The position numbers were made by a program, and so were the translations under genes. This document shows, piece by piece, positions 46,359 to 56,136 of a DNA stretch of 64,000 nucleotides. The DNA comes from Candidatus Latescibacterota bacterium (GTDB taxonomy: Bacteria; Latescibacterota; UBA2968; UBA8231): contig OZ241867.1 in NCBI GenBank assembly GCA_965203175.1, positions 3,232,001 through 3,296,000 on the forward strand. The letters are read 5' to 3'. A model generated the notes under the pieces. That model saw only the letters and a list, made by a program, of their open reading frames with translations, was not told the origin of the DNA and did not search any database. Each line of letters begins with the position of its first letter. The first letter of the stretch is position 1.

Positions 46359-47165
46359 TTATTTGTCTATCGTTGCAACGGCGGCTTGGAAGTCCGCCCA
46401 TGTGGTGGAATAACCTACGGCTATTTCAAAGCGGTGAATGCCATAGCGCGTGGCCAGACGCTCGGGAAAGGTATCGGGCGTTTCCACGCCCACTGTGCCG
46501 TCCCGCATGAGAATACAGCGGTAGCCCGCTCGCAGCATGGGGCGGCCTCCCCCCTCTGAGTTGAGAATGCACATATCCGCGGCAAAGCCCGTATAGATGA
46601 GGGTCTCAACGCCGCGCTCTTGCAGGTAGGCGTCGAGCTGGTCGGTGTAAAAGACGAGGGGCTCGTCCCCTATTGGCTCGACGATTTTGGCCCTTTTCAT
46701 GCGCGCAGCGGGCGATTTGGCCAGATCGACGCCGGTCGATCTTTTTTCAATGGTTTGCAATTCGCCGGTGCGGACGATGGTCCAGCGGTCCGACTGGGTC
46801 TGCAGAGAGGCCGCGCGGCGCTGGTTTTCCGGGGTGCGGCGAGAGGGCACCTGGGGGTAGTGCTTGTCAAAATCATCGGGCTCGACGTGGCACACCGGCA
46901 TACCGATCCGCCGGGCAATATCCATGGCTGGCCGGATCACTTCTTCCATGACGCGCCAAGACTCTTCGGTGGCCTGAGGCCAGCCCATGCCCGTGACGTA
47001 GTTGACGTCGATCTCAGGGCCATCCGGCAGCCCCACATTCCAGCAGTGCAAACCAATGAGCGCCGTGCGCTCCACTGGCAACTCGAAGACGTCCTCTGCG
47101 TAGCCGGCTTTGTCTATGGGCAGGGCGCGGTAATGGCGAGTCTTGAGTTTAAGCGTCTTACTCAA
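46359..47165 (-). CDS. Isochorismatase / cysteine hydrolase family protein
   Basis: RTALIGLHCW, TLIYTGFAADMCI, GYRCILMRDGT. Confidence 0.7.
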   Translation of the reverse strand: MSKTLKLKTRHYRALPIDKAGYAEDVFELPVERTALIGLHCWNVGLPDGPEIDVNYVTGMGWPQATEESWRVMEEVIRPAMDIARRIGMPVCHVEPDDFDKHYPQVPSRRTPENQRRAASLQTQSDRWTIVRTGELQTIEKRSTGVDLAKSPAARMKRAKIVEPIGDEPLVFYTDQLDAYLQERGVETLIYTGFAADMCILNSEGGGRPMLRAGYRCILMRDGTVGVETPDTFPERLATRYGIHRFEIAVGYSTTWADFQAAVATIDK

Positions 47166-47170
47166 TGGAC

Positions 47171-48430
47171 TTATCCCACCCGATTGCGGTCCGCCACTTC
47201 TGCGACGATGGCCGCGATCATCTCTATGTGTTCATCTTCCCATTTTTCGGAAATCGAGCAGGTGCGGACCCAGTTTTCGAGAAAAGCCCAGGCCGTGGGG
47301 CAAGTAGCGGAACTGTAGTGGTACACATGCGAGGCCGGTGGCCGCGAAAACGGGTACTTGTTGGCGTCCACGTATTCCTGGAGAAAGGGAAGGGCGGCAG
47401 GCATCAGGTAATACTTGCCCTGGCCCGCTCCATTTACTCCAGCTTCTAGTACCTGGGCGGCAAACTCCTCACCCGTGCATTTGAAGGCCTCTGGATCGAT
47501 GCTGAAGCTGGACATCCAGGCAGAATATTTGGTGACGTAGTCGGGAATGGGCAATGGCGTAATGCCGTCAATAGAGGAGAGCTTGTCCGTGATCAGCCGC
47601 ACGGTGCGGTCGATCTTGGCTACCTGAGCGCGGATGGTCTCCAGTTGACCCAGGCACAACGCCGCGGTCATGCGGCTCATATCGTAGGCATGACCAAAGG
47701 CCGTGTGGGTGCGGCCGAAGTGGGGCACATCCACCCCGGCGCGGCCCGAACTGAGGAAGCGCACTTTTTCCGCTAGTTCGTCATCGTCCGTAGCGATGCA
47801 ACCTCCTTTATCCGAACTGAAGGTTTTCTCCGAATCCAGCGAGAAGGCCGAAGCCGTTCCGAGGGTGCCGACGACGCGCCCCTTGTATTCGCTGAATATG
47901 GCCTGACAGATGTCCTCGTAGACGATCAGTCCGTGTTTGGCGGCCAATTCGTTGATCGGATCCATATCGTTGGGCAGGCCACATTTGTGTACCGCCAAAA
48001 TTGCCCGCGTGCGATCGGTGATGCAGGGCTCTATGGTCTCAGCACTGAAATTGACCGTGCCCGGTGCCGTATCGGGGAAAACGGGAATATAGTTGTGCAT
48101 GAGCACGCCGTACACAGTGCCGTAATCGGTGAGCGGGCTGATGATGACCTCGTCGCCGGGATCGAAGTCAAAGGCCAGCGCTAGGGCGGCCATGGCCGTG
48201 GTGCAGGTGGGGGTGGCGATGCAGTGCTTGACGCCCAGTTCCGCGGCGAACGCCTGCTCGAACTTGCCCACTGAATCGAGGGTTAGCCCCGAATCCAATA
48301 CCTCCTGGACGTACTTTAGACTATTGGGGCCTATGGTGCGGGGAAAGAGAGGGGGCACGATGCCTTCGCTGCTGTGGGCTTCGGCCCCGCGCTTGATGGG
48401 TTTGTGAACCAGTGCTGGTTGCTGGGACAT
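47171..48430 (-). CDS. DegT/DnrJ/EryC1/StrS PLP-dependent aminotransferase
   Basis: GKFEQAFA, PGDEVI, RTRAILAVH, VYEDICQA, AFSLDSEK (PLP Lys), GGCIATDD. Confidence 0.88.
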   Translation of the reverse strand: MSQQPALVHKPIKRGAEAHSSEGIVPPLFPRTIGPNSLKYVQEVLDSGLTLDSVGKFEQAFAAELGVKHCIATPTCTTAMAALALAFDFDPGDEVIISPLTDYGTVYGVLMHNYIPVFPDTAPGTVNFSAETIEPCITDRTRAILAVHKCGLPNDMDPINELAAKHGLIVYEDICQAIFSEYKGRVVGTLGTASAFSLDSEKTFSSDKGGCIATDDDELAEKVRFLSSGRAGVDVPHFGRTHTAFGHAYDMSRMTAALCLGQLETIRAQVAKIDRTVRLITDKLSSIDGITPLPIPDYVTKYSAWMSSFSIDPEAFKCTGEEFAAQVLEAGVNGAGQGKYYLMPAALPFLQEYVDANKYPFSRPPASHVYHYSSATCPTAWAFLENWVRTCSISEKWEDEHIEMIAAIVAEVADRNRVG

Positions 48431-48560
48431 TAGACTCTCCTGTGGGAGCTAAACATTTATTATTGATTTGAATCGCCGCATTTTTTCAGTCGTTGCGACC
48501 CAACCTATCCCTTTTGTCTATTGGGTGTCAAGTCTTGCCGATTGCAAGTGGGGCTCGGCC

Positions 48561-49400
48561 CTATGGCTGTTCGCGCTCGGCTTGCTTTAGATGTTGAAAA
48601 TCCCGCAGTAACCGCTGCCCTTCTTCCCGGCGTCCCTGTTTGAGATAAAGCTGAGCTAGACGGTAGTGGGTGGGAATGTGGTGGGGATCTTTTTTGAGCG
48701 CTTGCTGGTAGAGATAAGCGGCCTCTGTTGGCTCTCCTTGCTTCTCTAGGACGGCGCCTAGACGGCAATAGGGGTCGGCAAAGTCGGAATTCACCTGAAT
48801 AGCCTGCTGGAAATAGTTTCTGGCAGCTTCCAATTCGTTTTCTCGCTCACTGACCACCCCTAGATCGTAGTAGATTTTTGCCCGTTTTACTCCCAACTCA
48901 AGAGCGCGTCGATAGGCCTTCTTGGCTTCGGCATAATCGCGAAGGTCCATGTAGCTTTTTCCGAGATGCATGAGGAAAATCCCATTCTCGGGTGCTTGGG
49001 CGATGGCCCTTTTGTAGTACGGAATGGCTTCCCCCGATCTTCGCTGCAGCGTATAGGCCAAACCGATCTGGTCCAGGGCCAGGGCAAAGTCTGGCTTCAG
49101 ATGCACGGCCCGGCTGAATTCTCCAATCGCTTCTTCATACTGACCATTTTGCAGGTAGCGACGACCGCGACGATAGTAAATCTCGGCAGCAAGCTGCTCC
49201 TCTTGTTCGACTTTTAGCGGTTGGGGTTTGCCTTCCTTTTGCGCGTTGGGTGACGGCTCATCAGCCGGTGTTTGTCGTTCTTTCTCATCGCAGCCGATCC
49301 ATCCCCAACTGCTCACAAAAAGAGCTAGGAGCAGCCCCAGCAGACGGTCGCGTCCGGTATGGTTCCGCGATGCGCTTAGAAGCCGTTGCTGATGCGCCAA
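48561..49400 (-). CDS. Tetratricopeptide repeat protein (probable lipoprotein)
   Basis: Hydrophobic segment ending WIGC; several TPR units (YYRRG...A...F..A..L.P). Confidence 0.85.
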   Translation of the reverse strand: MAHQQRLLSASRNHTGRDRLLGLLLALFVSSWGWIGCDEKERQTPADEPSPNAQKEGKPQPLKVEQEEQLAAEIYYRRGRRYLQNGQYEEAIGEFSRAVHLKPDFALALDQIGLAYTLQRRSGEAIPYYKRAIAQAPENGIFLMHLGKSYMDLRDYAEAKKAYRRALELGVKRAKIYYDLGVVSERENELEAARNYFQQAIQVNSDFADPYCRLGAVLEKQGEPTEAAYLYQQALKKDPHHIPTHYRLAQLYLKQGRREEGQRLLRDFQHLKQAEREQP

Positions 49401-49442
49401 GGGTTACGCTCCTGATACTCGACAACTTAGTACACGACAGTA

Positions 49443-49540
49443 GAGCGGTATGGGATGCTTCGCTCAGCATGACAACATGAGGCGTCATCACCTGTCATGC
49501 TGAGCGGAGCGAAGCGGAGTCGAAGCATCTCAAACCGCTC
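49443..49540. repeat. REP-like palindromic element, inverted arrangement
   Basis: GATGCTTCGCTCAGCATGACA ... TGTCATGCTGAGCGGAGCGAAGCGGAGTCGAAGCATCTC, flanked by GAGCGGT/ACCGCTC. Confidence 0.85.
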
Positions 49541-49697
49541 GTGCCGAACGTCCATTGTAGTACTAGCGTGTACTTAGCTCGACAATATAGCGCAAAAATC
49601 TAAAGACTCCGGCGGTCGGCTCAAAAAGTCGACGCGCTGAGCTGGTAAAGAGCCGACCGCTTGCACCCGATACCTCTACAGAGTATCTATATTTCTC

Positions 49698-51239
49698 ATG
49701 TGGACATTGAACTGGGTTAAATCGACGCGGGCCGTCCTCGCTCTGATAATCGCTCTGACCACGACTGTTGGTGCCCAGCCGCGCGCTCCGACCGATACCA
49801 CTATCGCGGGCCGCAGCTACACCCTGCTTGAGGCCGGGGAATTAATGGATCTCCTAGGCTCGGCCAAGGACCATAGCCGTCTTGCTTTGCGGCAAACAGC
49901 CGTAAATGGTCGCCTGTCCAGCTTAGCGGCTAATCTCGACACCGTGCGGGCGGCGCTGGAATTGGCCGATGTGCTTTTCCTCGACGAAGTTTTGCTGGCC
50001 GAGGTTGTGTTTCTCGGTCCAGTGATATTTTCTCGCACTACCTTTGCCGCTGACCTTTCTCTAGCTGAAGCGCAATTCTTGCAATCCTTTGCCCTGCGAG
50101 AATGCGAGATAAGGCAAAAAACCAACCTTAGAGATGCGCGCTTCACCGCCGCGGCCGACTTCACCCAAAGTCACCTCGCCGCCGCATTTTCCTGCGCCGG
50201 AGCCCACTTCAGCGACGCTACTTTCGCGCGCCTGCGCTGCGAGGGCGGGGCCTATTTTGAGGACGTTCTCTTTACCGGCCAGGTCGATTTCAGCGACGCC
50301 CGCTTTGCCGGTGTCGCCTCGTTCAAGACAGCGCGCTGGCGCGCTCCCGTCTCCTTTGCCGGGGTGCGCTTTCTGGACCGGTCTTTTTTTTGGCAAGCCC
50401 AATTCGCTGCCGCCGATTTTTCCAGCGCCCGCTTTGCTAGGGAAACCTCGTTTAAGCAAGCCGCTTTCGCGCATCGGGCGACTTTTGCAAATATCGCTTT
50501 CGCCCACTCTGCCCACTTCGAACAAGCCCGTTTTGACGACGGGGCCGTCTTCGCCGGCAGCATCTTCGCAAAAGAAGCGGTCTTTACTGGTGTCCACAGC
50601 GATGACGACCTCCTGCTCAATGCCCTTTTTCGCACCAGTCTCGACTTGCGCCATCTAGTCACTCCCAGCCTAGATCTGCGGCCTTCCGCCGCCATGCCCG
50701 ACTCGCTGCTGGGCCCCGGAGCCCAACTCTTGCTGCAAAACGCGCGTTTCCAGCGCCTGTTCTCCACCTGGGATCATTTGCGCGGCCACTTAGCCCAGCC
50801 CCCAGAGCAGGCCAACTACGATCTGGATCGCGTCTATGCCGGCCTGCGCCACCAGTTCCTCATCTCCGGCATGGCCGCGGATGCCCGCGGCTGTTATATA
50901 GAATCGCTGGATCGCCGTCGCCACCACCTGCCCTGGACCTCTATCGAGCGCTACGCTCTCATCGCCTTTGACCTGAGCTCGCGCTACGGCACCGACTTGG
51001 GGCGCCTAGCCCTAGTCGCTTTGGTTTGGGTGGCGCTCTTTGCCCTGCTGTACCGTTGGTTGCTAATAGATGACCTGATGGAGTGCCTGCTTTTCAGCTT
51101 GCATACTTTTTTTATTGCGGGCGCAGCATCAGTGAGTCCTCATGGCAAAGTGCGCTACTTGGTCCTGTTTCAGGCCCTTTCCGGCTGGCTCTTCTGGGGC
51201 CTTTGCACGGCCGTCTTGGTCTCCTTTTTACTGCGCTGA
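49698..51239 (+). CDS. Pentapeptide-repeat protein with C-terminal ion-channel-like TM segments
   Basis: Signal peptide; many AxF/xxF repeats (ARF, ADF, ATF); SRYGTDL; TM-pore-like FSLHTF-TM. Confidence 0.75.
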   Translation: MWTLNWVKSTRAVLALIIALTTTVGAQPRAPTDTTIAGRSYTLLEAGELMDLLGSAKDHSRLALRQTAVNGRLSSLAANLDTVRAALELADVLFLDEVLLAEVVFLGPVIFSRTTFAADLSLAEAQFLQSFALRECEIRQKTNLRDARFTAAADFTQSHLAAAFSCAGAHFSDATFARLRCEGGAYFEDVLFTGQVDFSDARFAGVASFKTARWRAPVSFAGVRFLDRSFFWQAQFAAADFSSARFARETSFKQAAFAHRATFANIAFAHSAHFEQARFDDGAVFAGSIFAKEAVFTGVHSDDDLLLNALFRTSLDLRHLVTPSLDLRPSAAMPDSLLGPGAQLLLQNARFQRLFSTWDHLRGHLAQPPEQANYDLDRVYAGLRHQFLISGMAADARGCYIESLDRRRHHLPWTSIERYALIAFDLSSRYGTDLGRLALVALVWVALFALLYRWLLIDDLMECLLFSLHTFFIAGAASVSPHGKVRYLVLFQALSGWLFWGLCTAVLVSFLLR

Positions 51240-51242
51240 TTC

Positions 51243-52901
51243 ATGTTCCGCTCTGTCTGTGCCCTTTTGCTGTTCCTATTGCTGGTGGCCTGTATCCGGG
51301 AAGAACCGACGCAGTCCCTGCGCTTTGTCGATGTCGCCCAGACGGCTGGTCTTGACTTTGTACACTACAACGGTGCCCAAGGCGACTATTTCTACGTAGA
51401 GACTTTTGGCTCAGGAGCTGCTTTCTTGGACTACGATGGCGACGGCTGGCAGGATATCTATTTGGTCAACTCCACGTATCTCACCGGACTGGCTCCCGAG
51501 CCTCTGCCGACCGATAAACTCTACCGCAACCGGGGCGACGGCCGCTTTGACGCCGTTCCCGGCAGTGGCGATAGCGGCTACGGCACGGGTGTGGCCGCTG
51601 CCGACTGGGACAACGACGGCGACCAGGACTTATACGTGACCCGCTTTGGCCCCAACGCTTTATACCGCAACGATGCGGGAAAATTCGCCGACAGCGACAG
51701 TGCCAAACGGGCGGGCGTTGACGATGGCCGCTGGGGTGCCAGTTGCGGTTTTCTAGACTACGACCTGGACGGTGACCTCGATCTGTTCGTCGCTAACTAC
51801 GTGGACTTCACTACGGCCAACAACATCATCTGTAAGCGGGGCGATATCCGCACCTATTGCGACCCGGACGAGTATGGCCCAACGAGCGATTTGCTCTACC
51901 GCAACGACGGCCAAAGCCAATTCACTGACATCACCTATGAGGCGGGCATCACCTTAGAGGGCCCTGGTTTGGGCGTGGCCTTTTCTGACTACGACTGGGA
52001 TGGGGATACCGATATCTACGTGGCCAACGACGGCACGCTAAACTTCCTTTATGAAAACCGCCAGACCCACTTCGTCGAAACAGGTCTGACGGCTGGGGGC
52101 CGCTACAACCAGGACGGTCGCGCCGAGGCCGGCATGGGCGTGGATTTTGGCGACTGGGACAACGACGGCAACCAAGACCTGTTCGTCACCAATTTTGCCC
52201 ACGAGACCAATACGCTCTACCACAACGACGGCCAAGGCCAATTCGCCGATATCAGCGCTGAGGTCGGCCTTTTCGAGCCCAGCTACAATCCCCTGGGTTT
52301 TGGGACTAAATTCTTCGACGTCGATCTGGACGGCGACCTCGATTTGTTCGTCGTCAACGGCCACGTCCTCGACATCGTGGAACAGATCGACTCTACGCTT
52401 AGTTATGCCCAGACTAACCAGATTTTGCGCAACGAGGCCAACGCTTGGGATGCAGTCTCCAGCGAGCCGAATCCCAGAAAATTTGTCGATATTTCCTCCA
52501 CTTTGGGTCCTAGTTTTGCCACTCCCAACGTCGGTCGTGGCGCGGCCTTGGCCGACTACGACAACGACGGCGATCTCGATCTGCTGGTTTGCTCTGTGGC
52601 CAGCCCCGCGCGCCTGTTGCGCAATGACGTCGACAAACAAAACCACTGGCTCCTAGTCGAATTAATCGGCCGCCAGCAGCGCGACGCAATCGGCACCCTA
52701 GTCGCCGTCACGGCTGGTGGCCACCGCCAAGTGCGGGAACGCCAGTCCGGCGGCAGCTACCTTTCCAGCCACGATCACCGCCTGCACTTTGGTTTGGGCG
52801 CTGTTGCTAAGGTGGATATGGAGGTGCGCTGGCCCGATGGCACTGTGCAGACGCTTGCCGATGTCGCAGCCGATCAGATTTTGCGCCTAGTACAGCCGTA
52901 G
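51243..52901 (+). CDS. CRTAC1 family protein (FG-GAP/VCBS repeats plus ASPIC/UnbV), lipoprotein
   Basis: LVAC lipobox; repeated DYDGDGxxD; GGSYLSSHDHRLHFGLG; VRWPDG. Confidence 0.92.
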   Translation: MFRSVCALLLFLLLVACIREEPTQSLRFVDVAQTAGLDFVHYNGAQGDYFYVETFGSGAAFLDYDGDGWQDIYLVNSTYLTGLAPEPLPTDKLYRNRGDGRFDAVPGSGDSGYGTGVAAADWDNDGDQDLYVTRFGPNALYRNDAGKFADSDSAKRAGVDDGRWGASCGFLDYDLDGDLDLFVANYVDFTTANNIICKRGDIRTYCDPDEYGPTSDLLYRNDGQSQFTDITYEAGITLEGPGLGVAFSDYDWDGDTDIYVANDGTLNFLYENRQTHFVETGLTAGGRYNQDGRAEAGMGVDFGDWDNDGNQDLFVTNFAHETNTLYHNDGQGQFADISAEVGLFEPSYNPLGFGTKFFDVDLDGDLDLFVVNGHVLDIVEQIDSTLSYAQTNQILRNEANAWDAVSSEPNPRKFVDISSTLGPSFATPNVGRGAALADYDNDGDLDLLVCSVASPARLLRNDVDKQNHWLLVELIGRQQRDAIGTLVAVTAGGHRQVRERQSGGSYLSSHDHRLHFGLGAVAKVDMEVRWPDGTVQTLADVAADQILRLVQP

Positions 52902-52923
52902 GAACTTTCACAGGAAGAATGCT

Positions 52924-53700
52924 ATGGGCACACTGAACATCCCCGTCCGCTACTGGGCTATGCACAGTGGCTCGCCGGAAGAAAATTTGGAGTCCAATGT
53001 CCACTACGTGGAACCCGTATGGGATATCGAAACCGCGGAAACCGCCCTAATTATGGTAGATATATGGGGTTCGCACGCCTGGAAAAGCCACATGGATCGG
53101 TCCATGGACATCACGGCGAAAAAAATCGCGCCGCTGGTGGAAGCGGCCCGCACGGCGGGTGTGACCATCGCCCATGCCCCTGCGCCCCTAGCGGCGAAAA
53201 AATATCCGCAGTGGACGCGATTCGCCGCCGATGCCGACATCGATCCGCCATTAGAGCAGCCCCCGCCTTGGCCTCCCGAAGATTTTCGTCTGCGCACGGG
53301 AGTCTATGAAAAATACGCGCTGGTGCCCCCGCAAAAACTGCCCCATGTCCGGGAGGCGGAAGACATCGCCGACTTGGTCGCCCCCCAGCCGGAGGATCTG
53401 GTTGTCGCCACGGGCAACCAACTCCACAGAGCCTTGAGCTACCGGCGTATTCTCCATCTGTTCTACGTCGGCTTTGCCACCAATTCCTGTGTTATATTGC
53501 GGGATTACGGCATGCACGCCATGCGCCGTTTGGGGTACAATACCGTGCTGCTGCGCGACTGCACTACGGCAATCGAAAATAGCCAAACCGTCGCCGATGT
53601 GGGCATGACTCGATTTGCCATCATGGACATTGAGCGCAGCAGCGCCAGTGCCACATCCGCTGATTTTATCAAAGCCTGTGAAACCCGTCTCGAAGTATGA
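52924..53700 (+). CDS. Isochorismatase / cysteine hydrolase family protein
   Basis: TALIMVDIW, LFYVGFATNSCV, GYNTVLLRDCT. Confidence 0.78.
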   Translation: MGTLNIPVRYWAMHSGSPEENLESNVHYVEPVWDIETAETALIMVDIWGSHAWKSHMDRSMDITAKKIAPLVEAARTAGVTIAHAPAPLAAKKYPQWTRFAADADIDPPLEQPPPWPPEDFRLRTGVYEKYALVPPQKLPHVREAEDIADLVAPQPEDLVVATGNQLHRALSYRRILHLFYVGFATNSCVILRDYGMHAMRRLGYNTVLLRDCTTAIENSQTVADVGMTRFAIMDIERSSASATSADFIKACETRLEV

Positions 53701-53710
53701 GGAGCGAAAT

Positions 53711-54655
53711 ATGCCAGCGCTAGAAACGAGAGCTTTTGCCAAAACTGGGATGCAGCCCAAATCTCTGGGACTAGGCGGGGCTTGGTGGGGCAGCGGGAGT
53801 GAGGCCGAGTGCATTGCCGGCATCCACCGAGCCCTTGAACTAGGCTTTAATTACTTGGATACATACCCCGAATTGGAAACGTGGTGGGGCAAAGCTCTAG
53901 CCGGCGGCAGAAGGCACAATATATACCTGCAAGCCAAGGTCACTACTAATGGCCCCAAAGAGACGATTTCAGATCACTCGGGGCCGCAAACGCGCCGCAG
54001 CGTGGAAGCTAGTTTAAAGCGCTTGAGAACGGACTATCTCGACAATGTCCTCATCCACGGCTACGACGAGCCCGAGGACGTTGGCAGCAAGGAAGGCATG
54101 GTGGATCCGCTGGGTCCTGGCCATGCCCTAGATGAATTGGTAAAGATGAAAGAAGAGGGCTCAATTCGTCACATCGGCATTGGAGCGCGCAATTCGGCCG
54201 TGCACCGCCGGGCGATCGAGACCGGCCAAATAGAAATTTGCCTCACTTACCTAGAGTACAACTTGTTCAATACGGCCGCAGCTGTTGATCTATTTCCCCA
54301 CGCCCGCCAGCGCCAAGTAGGTCTCATTCTCGCCAGTCCTCTCGGCATGGGGCTGTTGACAGGCGATGAAGAAGTATTCGAGCGCTCAGCGGCCTACTTA
54401 GACAACCGCGAATACCCCGCACGCGGACTCCATCCGGCGGTCCGCGCCCGGGCCATGTGGGACTGGTGTCGGAAACGAGACGTGAACATCCGCCATCTGG
54501 CCATCCAGTTTTGTCTGGCGGCGCCCATCAGCAGCATTGTCCTGCCCGGTGCGGCCTCAAAGACGCAGGTTGAGGAAGCCTACGAGGCGGCTACGGCGGA
54601 TATTGCTCCCGATATATGGCGCGATTTCGAAGTGGAGTTCGGGGTGGGAATTTAG
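53711..54655 (+). CDS. Aldo/keto reductase
   Basis: LGLGG, GFNYLDTYP, SLKRLRTDYLD...H, ASPLGMGLL, LPGA. ATG at 53711 follows GAGGAG. Confidence 0.88.
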   Translation: MPALETRAFAKTGMQPKSLGLGGAWWGSGSEAECIAGIHRALELGFNYLDTYPELETWWGKALAGGRRHNIYLQAKVTTNGPKETISDHSGPQTRRSVEASLKRLRTDYLDNVLIHGYDEPEDVGSKEGMVDPLGPGHALDELVKMKEEGSIRHIGIGARNSAVHRRAIETGQIEICLTYLEYNLFNTAAAVDLFPHARQRQVGLILASPLGMGLLTGDEEVFERSAAYLDNREYPARGLHPAVRARAMWDWCRKRDVNIRHLAIQFCLAAPISSIVLPGAASKTQVEEAYEAATADIAPDIWRDFEVEFGVGI

Positions 54656-54658
54656 GTG

Positions 54659-56044
54659 CTAGGGTCTCTCCGCCAATACCCGGACTGAGAATTTCTGTCG
54701 CAGGGCATCCACGTGCCGGCGCTCTTTTTCCTCTCTGGCCAGCCGCTCGGCCCGCCGTTGCGAAGCCCGATCCCATCGGCCCCCTTCCCGCGCTTTTTCC
54801 ACTACGACAAATACGGAGAACTTTCCGGCCCACTCCACCGGCCCGTCGACGGCGTTGATCTCCATACCTTTGGCGCGCTCGTAGCGCATTGATGGTGTGG
54901 TATATGGGCTGAGCTTTACGCGCCCTGCGCTTGCTCCGACGTCTTGGGAGAATATGGGGACCAGTAGCGCCGGATCGGCTCCCCGCGTTATTGCTAGGCG
55001 CAAGTCTTGGGCCAATTTGCGATTGTGGACCACAATCTCGGTGATGGTGATGGCCTCATAGGCGGAAAATTGATCGGGATGACGCGCAAAATAACTTCGC
55101 GCCTCTGCTGGGGATACGTCGATCTGTTCCAGATAATAGCTCAGGAGTACATCCTCGGCGATGGTTCTGAGTTTTGCCTGTAGCTCGGGTTCTTCGTCGA
55201 TACCACTTTGCCGTGCTACGGCATAATAGAGATCGGAGATACGGGCACTGTCGGGCCCAACGGACGAGGAATCGAACTTGCGCAAACCAGATGGATTGTC
55301 CTTAGCACTGCCGATGGTGTATTTATCGCTCAGAGAGATCCCGAGCGCCCGCTCCATCTTTGCCCTGATACGGGAGTGCAGGCGGCGTTCAATAAGCTGC
55401 TGCACGGCGATGAGAGGGACGTGCTTTTCATTGAGGACTTTAAAAGCCACAAAGACGGTATCCGCTTTGATCGGCAGAGGGAGAGCTGGGGAAATGGATC
55501 CCACGGGCAGAGCGAATAATTCGTCGGCTATTTGCTCATTGACCTGTCCTTTGAGCACGTAACCGGGGAGACCCAAAATGGATTTTTTCGCGGCCAAGTC
55601 CTCTACCGCGGCGGCTTTTGTCGCTCTTGCAGAATAGATGAACTTGAGACCGCGATTCCCGTTTGCATCATAGTATTCCTGCAGAATATCTTCTGCGGTC
55701 ACGACGATTTTCGCGTCGACCTGGTGCTCGAGATAAGATGCAATCACCGCATCTCGCCGCTGCCGCTCCAACCGGCGCACAAAAACCGAGTCAGCGGCCA
55801 TACCGACCTTGCGGGCCTCTAGCAGCAACAGCCTTCTGGCGATGAGCTGTTGCAGCGGATCGCTCGTATCGGAGATTGCAGTGCCGGCTCTTATAGCTCT
55901 TTTTTCCCTCCGCTCTGCAAAGTCGCGAAGTTCTGCCGCCGTGATCTTTTCGTCCCCGACCAAGGCGATGACCTCGGTCTCGGGCTGGCCGCAGCTAAAA
56001 AAGAGCGGGCAAAGGAATGCGATTAAGCGTTTTAATTTTATCAT
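54659..56044 (-). CDS. SurA/PrsA-like peptidyl-prolyl isomerase / chaperone lipoprotein (degenerate)
   Basis: FFSC lipobox; VIALVGDEKITAAEL; LLLEARKVG; PpiC-like halves. Likely start ATG at 56044. Confidence 0.65.
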   Translation of the reverse strand: MIKLKRLIAFLCPLFFSCGQPETEVIALVGDEKITAAELRDFAERREKRAIRAGTAISDTSDPLQQLIARRLLLLEARKVGMAADSVFVRRLERQRRDAVIASYLEHQVDAKIVVTAEDILQEYYDANGNRGLKFIYSARATKAAAVEDLAAKKSILGLPGYVLKGQVNEQIADELFALPVGSISPALPLPIKADTVFVAFKVLNEKHVPLIAVQQLIERRLHSRIRAKMERALGISLSDKYTIGSAKDNPSGLRKFDSSSVGPDSARISDLYYAVARQSGIDEEPELQAKLRTIAEDVLLSYYLEQIDVSPAEARSYFARHPDQFSAYEAITITEIVVHNRKLAQDLRLAITRGADPALLVPIFSQDVGASAGRVKLSPYTTPSMRYERAKGMEINAVDGPVEWAGKFSVFVVVEKAREGGRWDRASQRRAERLAREEKERRHVDALRQKFSVRVLAERP

Positions 56045-56136
56045 TACAATAAGGTCGGCGGAGCGACTCGTCTGGTGAATAAACGGTACACACCCTACCG
56101 GGCCCATAGACCAATTAAACTGCATAGGTTGCCATT

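Noticed and set aside
49612-49660. 11-bp inverted repeat GCGGTCGGCTC/GAGCCGACCGC upstream of the pentapeptide gene
   Set aside because: Single copy with a 27-nt loop and no U-tract; it may be an operator, but nothing supports a specific call.
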